NCBI GenBank assembly: GCA_965645245.1 | Contig: OZ287082.1 | Location: 744,001 to 808,000 of the forward strand | DNA length: 64,000 nucleotides | Origin: Massalongia carnosa | Lineage: Eukaryota | Direction: 5' to 3' | Shown: positions 1-10,131 of the stretch, one piece after another | Position numbering within the stretch: the stretch's first letter is position 1 | Layout of the letters: each line of letters starts with the position of its first letter | Notes under the pieces: generated by a model | Seen by the model: only the letters and a program-made list of their open reading frames with translations | What the model was told of the DNA's origin: nothing | The model's database searches: none | Program-made: the position numbers and the translations under genes

Positions 1-205
1 CGAGGACTTGATTGCCTTCGACCATCGAGCTTAGCAAGCTCTTTGGTGTCCGAGGACTTGATTGCCTTCGACCATCGAGCTTAGCAAGGTCTTTGGTGTC
101 CGAGGACTTGGGCGCCTTCAACCATCGAGCTTAGCAAGCTCTTTCGTATCCGAGGACTTGGGTGCCTTCGACCATCGAGCTTAGCAAGCTCTTTGGTGTC
201 CGAGG
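1..205. repeat. Tandem repeat, 50-bp unit x4+ (in the internal region of the minus-strand Copia)
   Basis: Unit CGAGGACTTGATTGCCTTCGACCATCGAGCTTAGCAAGCTCTTTGGTGTC recurs at 1, 51, 101 and 151 with few substitutions. Confidence 0.95.
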
Positions 206-513
206 GCTTCGGTGTAGTACGATCAATATGTTCATGCTCTTTCTAACACGCAATTTTTGCGCTTCTGACAAGAAATCGCTGTGTACAGAAGAGAGAACTA
301 ATCGATGTGATTTGAGGAATCGTTTCTAAAGACACAGAAAGATTTTAGTCATGTGTCTACGATTCATTGAATAGGAACGATGCTTAGCTGATTGCACTGC
401 GACGCTGCGGATTAAAAGCTTCGATTAGTTTTAAATCGATAGCAACCTTCCGGGCTCATAACCTGTTGAAATAGGTATATGACTATGGCTATATGGCTAT
501 GTAATAATAAAGG

Positions 514-684
514 TGTAACGGTTCGACCAAGCGTGGTGCGGACGGCAAGACCTATAGCGAACATAGCAGGAGTCCCAGTTATTGTAGAATAAAGCTTGGT
601 CTGCTGACTAAGTATTGTGCCTTTTGGTCTGGAAGGACAGGTGGCGCAATGGTAGAAATCTATTCACTATCTCGCTTCGTCACA
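514..684. mobile_element. Solo LTR (~171 bp) inserted in the Copia LTR
   Basis: TGTAAC...GTCACA termini; TSD AAAGG on both sides; inverted homologue at 8597-8765. Confidence 0.9.
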
Positions 685-1972
685 AAAGGTATGTATGACC
701 GTGATTTTAAGGATGAAGAGTTGCTATGCAGCAATCTTTTCCTATTACTAGTCACCCTGCTAAGCGAGGTAATCTTATCTTATCTTGGGACTAAGCATAA
801 TGCGGCATCTACGGTTTCCGTAGATCATCTGTCAATCTAGGGCAGCCGTAGGTGCTATAATCATTGAACTGATAGGTGTTCATTGTGCTGGTAGGAATTA
901 GATATTCAACAAAATTCGATAATATATTCGCGTTCGTCAATTTTTATACCCATTTGACTGCTTGTAAAATTGCATGCAGTTCAGCATTTTTAATTCTTGA
1001 CTGTTTGCTGAATTTCCAGCTTTTCGAAATTGTATAATGTTTAATAAGGCAATCTTTTTTGATAAAGTGATCGAAATCATCGATAAAATTGTTCCATTTT
1101 CTTAAATTGGTGCAAATGTGACAGCAGAAGTTGCAAATTCGACTTTTGATCCATCCGTATAAAGTAATATTCGTGATATATCGGAATTCATAGATTGAAT
1201 TTTTGACAAAGTCGAATAATATCTTGATTTTGCTGTTTCTTTTGACTTTTCGATTTGAAATTCGATTTTACACGACGACTTCCATTGTTTTATAAAGTTA
1301 TTTGATTGTTCGAATTTATCAGTTTTGGGAACTATGTCCGAAACGGAGTGCAGAACGCGAATAAGCTTACTAGGATATCGTTTATTTGTTTGTTTTTCGT
1401 CTTCGTTCCATTCGGCATATTTGTTGTTCCATAAGCTAGTATCAAAACCGATGTTTTCGAATTTCATCGAATATGTGTTGACTGCTTTTAAAATTGCATG
1501 AAGTTCAGCATTTTCAATGATTGACTATTTGCTTAATTTCCAGCTTTTCGAAATTGAATGATGTTTAACAAGACAATCTTTTTCGATAAAGTGATCGAAA
1601 TCATCGATAAAATTGTTTCATTTTCACATAATTGATGCAAATGTGACAGCAGAAGTTGCAAATTCAACTTTTAATCTACCCGCATAAAGTAATATTCGTG
1701 ATATATCGGAATTCATCGATTGAAGTTTGGACAAAGTCGAATAATATCCTTATTTTGATGTTTCTTTTGACTTTTCGATTTGAAATTCAATTTTACACGA
1801 CGACTTCTATGGTTTTATAAAGTTATTTGATTGTTTAAATTCATCAGTTTTATGAACTAAATCCGAAATAGAGCGTAGAACACGAATAAGCTGACTAGGA
1901 TATTGTTTATTTGTTTTTTTTTCATCTTCGTTCCATTTGGAATATTTGTTGTTCTATAAGCTAATATCAAAA

Positions 1973-2626
1973 TGAAACGGGGAGACCTTCTCCCAGCAGG
2001 AATTCTCTACTGGAAGATAGGATCCACAGGGGCTACACAACGTGATTACGCCGCGGAATGGGTTGGGTTTTGCCACAGTTGGGTAACCCAAGTTACTAAT
2101 ATTAGTATACTTTTAAGTGTTTAATTCTATGTATAGTATACTAGTATACTAAATAAAGTTGTTTGGGTTGGGTTTTCAAGGTCAGAACCCAACCCATTCC
2201 GCAGCGTAAACGTGATGGTCACAATAGAGGTATAAATAGGTAGGGTCGAGTCAAAGGGTGGACTATATTCTACCCTTTTGAAGTGCTTGATCATTGATCT
2301 ATATAGAATATGACAATCCACAACCTAAGCTCTTCTTCCGTACCTTGCCAATACTACCTGGTATTTTCGGTCTCCGAAATATTTCGGTCACCAAAAGACA
2401 CAGGTAGATGAGACTAGGCAGGCGAGCTAGAGGAGGTGAGGCGAGGCGAGGGGATACTTCGTGTATTACGAAAACACCTCCATAATAAGTTAAGTCCCCA
2501 CACTATGCCTAACTGGGTTAGGCGGGACCTTATTGTCTTGGTAGTTGTTTTGGCTGTACGTATCCCACATAGCCACATAGCCCAGTCTTACATTCAACGA
2601 ACGCATACTTGGCCTACCCTATTACT
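1973..2626. mobile_element. Solo LTR (family with copies at 51034 and 51732), carrying a MITE
   Basis: Starts TGAAACGGGG and ends CTATTACT (ACA in other copies); TSD CAAAA; near-identical to 51034-51518 and 51732-52215. Confidence 0.88.
2047..2208. mobile_element. hAT-like MITE (162 bp)
   Basis: TIRs TACGCCGCGGAATGGGTTGGGTT / AACCCAACCCATTCCGCAGCGTA; perfect 8-bp TSD AACGTGAT; absent from the other two LTR copies. Confidence 0.9.
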
Positions 2627-3761
2627 CAAAACCTATGTTTTCGAATTTCATCTAATATGTGTTTGGAATTCTTTGAAAAATGGGATTATTTTCTGCAATC
2701 ATCAACAATCGTATAGCATATTTTTGATTTTTTATCAATAATCGTAGTCTGACTGGTAGAACATGTGATTCAATTTCTATCGCCTGAAGAGGTGTGGTTT
2801 TAAATGTTCCTAAAATCTTTCGAATATTCCGATTTTGCAAATTCTGAAATAGTTGTAATATTTCTTTTGACCATTGTACCAAATTTCTGAACCATAATCT
2901 GAAATTGGAACGATGCATGACAAATAAATCTCTCTGCATGCAGTAAGTTTTAGACCCCATTCCGAGTTCATCAGATTTTGAATCGCAAAGAACGACCGAT
3001 TTGCAGAAGAAATTCGAGTTTCCACGTGTTTTTTGTAATTCAGTTTTCGATCTAGTCAGATTCCCAATCATTTGACTACATTATTCGGTTCTAGTATAGT
3101 TCAGTTTGGTAACTGAAGTATGACTTTTGATGCATTTCTTGTCTTTTCCAAGTGAATGAGTTCGGATTTATCGTAATCAAATTTGACATTATTCGATGCG
3201 GCCTAATCTACTGCAATTTTGACTATAATTTCGATTTCTTTGCAATTCTTCTGTTTTGCAGCTTTGTTTTCGACATATATTGCAACATCGTCAATAAAAC
3301 TAGAAGAATGTGCATTGAATTTCATTAGTACTTTCGGAAATAATTTACGAATATATATCCAAAATAATATATGCAAAATAGATGAGCCTTGTGGAATCCT
3401 GATTCAATATAATAAATTTTGCTTTTATTTTCATCAAATATTAGATTGACGGATCGTTTTTTCATAAAATGAATGACCCATTGAGTAACTATGGAAGATA
3501 ATTTCAGATTTTTCATGATATTTAACAGCTGATTAATCGAAACAAAGTTATAAGCGCCTTTTATGTCGAGTAATAATAATGATAAATCGTTCTTTCTTCG
3601 ATTTGCTATTTCGATGTCATGAACGACGGTCTCTAATAAATTCGAATTTTCGCCGAAGTAGGCAAGGCGATTTGCAACGATTTTCTCAACTATTTTACCA
3701 AGATAGTTTAGTAAAGTGATAATCCGATATGATTTTGGCAGCGAATAGTCTGATTTATTTG

Positions 3762-4208
3762 TGTCATGAAATCGAACCAACCCGATCCAGATTCAATCCC
3801 GCAGATGAATCTGACTAAGCTCCCGTTCCTCTATTCAGCTTAGTCAGAATCTCATTAACTAAATCGAGTTTAGACCCCTCTCAACGGCCTCAGGTCAAAG
3901 CTGTACCATCACCATCAAAGCGTACCAACGGCAGGACAACCTCATCTCCACCTTTTATCGTCAAACACCTCGTCAAACCTTCGTGCCGTACGTCTCCTAA
4001 TAGAGGGGATGAACACTGATCGAATCTTTATGCAAAGGGGTTGGAGACAAATATAAAAGGAAGGACAATTTAATTAGATAGTTGACTCCTTGTCCGACGT
4101 CTTGTATAGCAATCCATCACCTAGCTATAACCTTATTAATAAAGACATCTTGATCACCCAATCCAATTCCTAGGAACATTTGTTCAATCCCCTGCCCAGT
4201 CCTTGACA
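3762..4208 (+). mobile_element. Solo LTR related to the LTRs of the Gypsy at 15232-21703; no TSD
   Basis: TGTCATGAAAT...CAGTCCTTGACA; its 3' ~130 bp match the reverse complement of 15232-15360; flanks ATTTG vs ATGGA do not match. Confidence 0.8.
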
Positions 4209-4535
4209 ATGGATTAAGGTATTAGAGTGACTCTGGACTAGGAGTTGTGTAGTGGGTTAAGAGTAGAATAATTTAGTACGGAGTAGTTAAATTGTAAGAT
4301 GATCTATCTAGGTGGGCCTAACACCACATTATATAGATCAGTAGGCATAGTCGAGGTCGAGTTTCTTCAGTACTCTGCCAACTATGCCAACTAAGGGCGG
4401 ACGTTCCTCCGTGGGCTCAGACCTTCTCTCCCGTCCCATTAGTCATCGCTGGACCTGACTATAGTATGACTGTGTTCAGCACCGCTGAGTCATATGGCTT
4501 AGTAATAATCAGCCTTATACGGCGGCGCTGTAACA
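4209..4535. mobile_element. Probable partial LTR
   Basis: Non-coding, contains a TATA-like TATATAG, and ends TGTAACA exactly where Copia gag sequence begins; only one terminus seen. Confidence 0.4.
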
Positions 4536-5040
4536 TAGGGAATTACAAGGAATATCCGAGAAAGCGAAGGTATGGCAATATGTGGACCCCAATGGTTCAA
4601 AACCGAAGCCCGAAGAGGGAGAATATCCGGAAGTTTCACAATATCAAGTCCCTATTCAAGCACAGCTAGCAGGTGGAATTGCTTACCCTATTATAGAAGG
4701 TGGAGTTGTAATAGCCACCAAATCGGCTGAGAAATACGGCGATTTATCAGCTGAGCAAAAGGAGGACTATAAAATGGAGATATCAGCCTATAAGATGAAA
4801 GACAAACAGGTGGAGAAGGTCGCCCAAGGACTCAGAATAGTTGACAATGCACTAAAGAGCTCCGCACGAGCATACATCCCCCCTAATAAGATGGCTTCAT
4901 CGGTTAAGGAAATTGTAAAAATTCTGGCTGCAAGATATAAGCGGTCAGATGACCAAGTCATAGAGCAATTGCATGAGCAATTTCTAGCCCTAAAAACCCC
5001 GCCCATTAAAGGTAAATTAGAGGCATGGGTAGCTGATTGG

Positions 5041-5273
5041 TGTCACGGTACTGCCTCGCTAGCACCCGAATCGAGTCACGGCGCTAAGGCTTGAATGATA
5101 AGCGAGGGCTAGGCTCAGCATGGTTAGCGAGATCAACGGAAAGATTATATCTTTGCTTTCGCTGTTGAGATTTTCTTTCTTCCTTGTCGAACGTCTTGTA
5201 AATATCCGATAGCCTACATATAGCAAAGACTTCGTACCACCTGATCTTATCTCATTGAGTCCTTCTCGTCACA
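5041..5273. mobile_element. Solo LTR (233 bp) in Copia gag
   Basis: TGTCAC...GTCACA; TSD ATTGG; gag reading ADW|ENIK resumes after it. Confidence 0.92.
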
Positions 5274-7420
5274 ATTGGGAGAATATTAAGGGACAAATTG
5301 TTGAGCTCAATGTAACGGGCCTATTTGGCTCCGAGACCATATTCATCAATGAATTTCTCCAATCAGGGAAGAAATGGGCGTCCAATTTCTGTGCAAACTG
5401 GGTAATGCAGCATAGGGCTGCTAAGATGACGGTTGAATTTTATGAGACAACTAGGGAATATCGTTTAGCCGTGGAATCATTCCTGAATGAGGCATAATCA
5501 ACGTCTAGAAATCAAGCTAATGCAGCCTCGCTGCAGGGGCAAATGCAAGACGAAAATGAAGGTCCGGGGCCTAGCCAATCAAGTCAATGGAAAGGCCAAT
5601 CAAAAGAGGCCAGATTCAAGGATAGAAAGTGCGTATGTGGGAAAATACACCCGTTTAGGCTATGCCCATATATTATCATATCAGCTCGCCCCCCTGCATG
5701 GAAGGAAGATAAAACCGTACGCAATGAAATGCGTCAGAAAATTCAGTCAAACATTCGGGTTTAGCTATTAAGAAGGTTACCGACACAAAAATAGTAGACG
5801 GAATAACCGAGGAGTCAGTCAAATAGAGCTCCCAAAAGCAGAGAATAATCATCATAATCAGGGCAATCACATTGAATTGCCTGGTTAATCCTTCTCGTTT
5901 GCGAACGTTACATCTAGGGCAAATAACCCCTTACATAAAAGCGTCATATTTGACTCTTTATGCGATAACCCTCTGACCTATAATAAATCACGGTTTATAG
6001 GAGAAATATCCCCAACTTCGTCAGACATGTGGGTAGACACCCCCGACGGGGAGATGAAAATCCATTGTCATGGCACACTGAGGGTAAATGGCCTATTGAA
6101 TGGCCAGAAAAGGGAGCTATTATTCGAAGGAACAGCTTATATTCCTGATTCATCAGTGACGTTGGTTTCGGCCGATAAGTTGAAAAAACGAGGCTTTTTC
6201 TGGGATATGTTCACTGATACCCTTATAGTTAAGGAGACAGGGCAACAAATATATGAAATAAAGGAGCACTATAGGCTCTCAATCATAGAACATAACCCTG
6301 AATCTATAGATATAGGGTTTGCTAACTTAGTGAAGCCACGCAATACATAAAAAATAACTCAATAGAAATGGCATATTCGGATCGGTCATTGCCGGCCAGA
6401 GGCGATTGACTAGCTAAAGAAGATCGATGAAGTGACAGTTTCAAAAGGCGTAGGGGGTGAAAACGCACCTAGGACCATTCAATGCGAAACGTGTTCAGTC
6501 TTGCAAATGCATAGAGTCATCAATAAGGCTCCGTCAGGGGGTGCCATTAAGCCATATCAGGTGCTTCATTTTGACCTAACTATCAATTATAAGGGCTTCG
6601 ATAGAACGAGCTGTATAGCTTATTTTACGGACGAATTTACCTTATATGTATGGGTTTATCCATTGAATGATCATAAGGAAAAGACCTTATTGCCCATCTT
6701 CAAAAGCTTGATCAATCAATGCGATAGGGCTGGCATTTCCGTTAATCTATATTGTACTTAAGTAGTTCCCCTGCTACTTTGGGTAACACTACCTTATTCG
6801 GTTAGATTGAACCCGAAAAAGGGAACGCGGCTTGCGGAACAGTACTGAATTATCAAATAATGCGGGGAGGACCTCCCTGCGGACAGGACCAAAAATTCCC
6901 CTCTTGCCTAGACCGTACCGGACCGTTTCACTTCGTCAAACCTCGGAGATCAACTGATCCTGTTAATATCAGTCCGTATCGCGAAAACTACGTTCTTTTA
7001 CGTTCGTTGTGGGCCGCGAGAGGTGGTCGTTGTTCGCGTTTTTCATGTTTTGATTTTCCCGAAATCTGCGCTAAATCCGTCTGTTCAATGAAAATTCGAA
7101 AACCCTCGATTCGGTTTAACGTAGTCTTAATTGTGTTTAGCATTTACAATTATCTGATCTCTTCGCAACAACAGCAACGACTACCGCTATATCTTTGCAG
7201 CCTAGCTCTTCTCCTCGAGAAATCGTTTCTCGACTTCCCATTCCGTTACGACAATGGTGTTATCTCCGTAGACCGCATAATAAAGTGAATTCTCCGGAAA
7301 ATCCTCCCGCAAAACGCGTTCGTCTAATCTTACGACCACCGAAAACGTTCTGTTAGTCTTTTCCTGCGTCTGCCTGCTCCTCCAAGAAGTTAGATTGTAT
7401 CTCCTGTCACTCTTCCATCT

Positions 7421-10131
7421 TTGCAGAGTTCGCCTAACAGTTCAATAACGAATTCCGTTTCTCCCGTATCGTCGGCTTTCCACTCGCCAAGCCCGCCAAA
7501 TCGAAATGATTTGCAGTTGGAAAATCCGAACATTTGGGAAGAAATGCTGCTCAACGAAGCAGAAGCGGGTCAGTACAATCACAACCGAGCTCGCGGTTTC
7601 GTAAGGTCGAGTTTCGGATATATTTCTCCATCCATTGCGAGTTCCAGACCTGTTTCTCCACCTGTTAATCATTGTGAGTCACGAGGAAATCGTCGAACAC
7701 GTCGTCGCGACCGTACTGTTGAAGCCCGTGACCATGCGGCTGCAAATCGTAACTTTCCTGCCGTATTTAAAAGTCAGTACACTTTACAATCCGCGATACA
7801 ACGAATTCAACACATGACAGATCATTGCAGAAACTGCGGTGCGTGGCATTGGGAAACGGAAGCTGTTCAGAGTGACAGAAGACGAGATCGAGTATACAAA
7901 TCCTGTTGCAAGCGAGGTGGTGTCGTGTGGCTACCGTTTTAGCCTCCTCCTGATTATTTACGGCAACTGTTAATTGGTGACGATATTAGAACCCGCACAT
8001 TTCGCAAAAACCTCCGAAAATATAATTCCACGTTGACGTTCACCTCCGTAAACTACAAACCCGATCGCCGACTTCCTCGCAACGGTCGTGGACCGGTATG
8101 TTTTCAAATTCACGGAGAACTGTATCACCTGCAAGGTCCTTTGGGTCCCGTTGACGATTCTCCTCGCTTTGCTCAACTGTTTTTTACGATCCCGACGAAG
8201 CAACCGCGATTCGTACTCGACAACATACAGAATTGGATCCCGATATTGTACAACGTTTAACAGAGATTTTGCACAATATGAACCCCTTTATCAGGCTTTA
8301 CAAATCCGCCAGCGAGGCTTTGCGGGAAATGCGGCCAAAACCGTTGATCGTCGTGTTACGGATCCTACGGCGTTATGGAATCGATACGCAAATGATATAT
8401 ATGACGATTTACCGCATCGATTACGATCAATGACTGATGTTCCTGACGATTTAATGAGTCAGCAATTAGATTACGGCCTTTATTTGTTAAACGGAGGTCT
8501 TTCGGATTTAGGAAAACGATTAGAGGATTAGAATATGCCGCTGTTTACATACGATTGGGGTCGGAGTACTGGAAATCCGTTGATCGCAAATGAAATTGTG
8601 ACGAAGCGAGAAGTAAATAGATTTCTACCATTGCGCCACCTGTCCTCCCGACCAAAAGGCACAATACTTAGTCCGCAGACCAAGCTCTATTCTACTATAA
8701 CTGGGACTCCTGCTTTGTTCGCTGTAGGTCCTGCCGTCCGCACCACGCATGGTCGAACCGTTACAGAAATGACTTACGATTTCAACGAAGAAACGATGTT
8801 ACGAAATGAACGATATACTCAATTGAATGCGGATCAGAAATACTGTTTTGATACCATTGTTGCGGGAGTTAGAGATTATCCTAGAATGGCGCATTTTTTT
8901 GTTCACGAACCTGCAGGAACAGGTAAGACTTTTTTAAATTAGACTCTTTCTAATGATATTCGGGCGGAGAATAAAATTATTCTTTGCGTTGCGTCTCCCG
9001 GCATTGCGGCTTTACTTCTTCCTAGCGGACAGACTTCACATTCCCGGTTGAAAATTCATTTAATTTTAAATGAGGACAGCATGTGTAATATCAACCGCAA
9101 CACGCATTTATACTGTCTTTTGCAACGCACAGCCTTAATCATTGGGGATGAGGTGCCGATGCAACACAAACAATGCTTCATGGCCGTACATCGCACTTTT
9201 ACGGACCTTTTAGGTAATGACGACCTTTCGGAGTTATTCCGATGGTGTTAGGCGGAGATTTCGCTTAAATCTTGCCCGTTGTTCCCCGTGGAAATCGGGA
9301 AGCCATCGTTGTGGCGAACATTCAAAACACCTTCTGTGGCCGCGATTTCAAAAACTGGTTTTGCGTCAAATCATGCGAATTCGTAACGAAGTCGCCAATG
9401 AGGCGTTTGCGGACTGGATCGGGAAAATGTCTTCTGATCCTGCTTTTTCCGGTCGTGTTCAGCTACCGGAACAAGTCAATCAACTGAACAACTTAGACAG
9501 TTTCGTGGACACCGTTTTTCCTTCGGATCACATGCGAAAAGCTTATCTGGATGCGGATTCTTTCGCAAGTCGAGCAATTTTGACTTTGCGGAACAATATC
9601 GTCGCGGAGTTAAACGGTGCAGTAATGAATAAATTGCAGGCCGGTTCGCACACCTTGAACTCCGTTGATCAAATAGAGAACGATACGGCGCAGGAACGAG
9701 GAGACTTTCTTCCTCCCGAGTTTTTACAACCCTTGCAAAAATCGTCTATACCACCTTCACAATTGCAACTAAAACTTAGAGCCCGAATCATTATTTTGCG
9801 GAATTTGTATCCCAAACTTGGTCTCTGTAACGGCACCCGATTACGTCTTACTCACATTTCGCGGACCTGTCTAGAGGGAAAGATTTTAGGAGGAGAATTC
9901 AACGGTGAAACGCGATTAATTCCCCGGATTCTTCTTAATACAACGGAAGGCGAGTTGCCCTGGATCATAAGTCGCAAACAATTTCCGATACGATTGTGCT
10001 TTGCTTTGACTGTCAACAAGTCGCAAGGTCAATCATTGGACACGATAGGAGCCGATTTGCGAGCTCCTCCTTTTACTCATGGTCAGTTATATTTGTCATT
10101 ATCTCGAGTTATGGATGTTTCTCGATTGTGA
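7421..10131 (+). pseudogene. Helitron RepHel remnant: N-terminal Zn finger and Pif1-like helicase; HUH Rep core not seen
   Basis: CRNCGAWHW...CCKRG; FRKNLRKYNS..TFTS, FQIHGELYH, FAQLF; LNADQ...GTGKT, DEVPM, LCNGTRL, QFPIRLCFALTVNKSQGQS, FTHGQLY; frameshifted. Confidence 0.9.
8597..8765. mobile_element. Solo LTR in Helitron (same family as 514-684, inverted)
   Basis: TGTGAC...GTTACA; TSD GAAAT. Confidence 0.92.

Larger units (their letters stand above)
1..911 (-). mobile_element. 5' end of a Ty1/Copia element: LTR 464-911 plus leader, continuing off the left edge
   Basis: TGTTGAA...TTCAACA inverted termini at 464/911. The minus strand immediately after the LTR reads GGTTATGAGCCC (452-463), the usual fungal Copia PBS-like motif. 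It abuts LINE RNase H sequence at 912. Confidence 0.8.
912..3761 (-). pseudogene. Degenerate Tad1-like LINE pol (RT + RNase H), with internal ~520-bp tandem duplication of the RNase H region
   Basis: RT motifs DYSLPKSYRIITLLN and LLLLDIKGAY (3325-3780); TTPLQAIEIE (2652-3071); RNase H ILLYTDGSK and AELHAIL; ~954-1475 is repeated at ~1478-1972. Confidence 0.85.

Noticed and set aside
1..205. CRISPR-like array
   Set aside because: Units are contiguous with no unique spacers; eukaryotic context with no cas genes.
2436..2741. Conserved small protein MRRGEGILRVLRKHL (also 51036, 52025)
   Set aside because: Recurs only because it lies in copies of one solo LTR; GTG start and inconsistent ends.
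9217..10131. Host PIF1 helicase gene
   Set aside because: Sits within Helitron termini, inside a Copia integrase, and is frameshifted.
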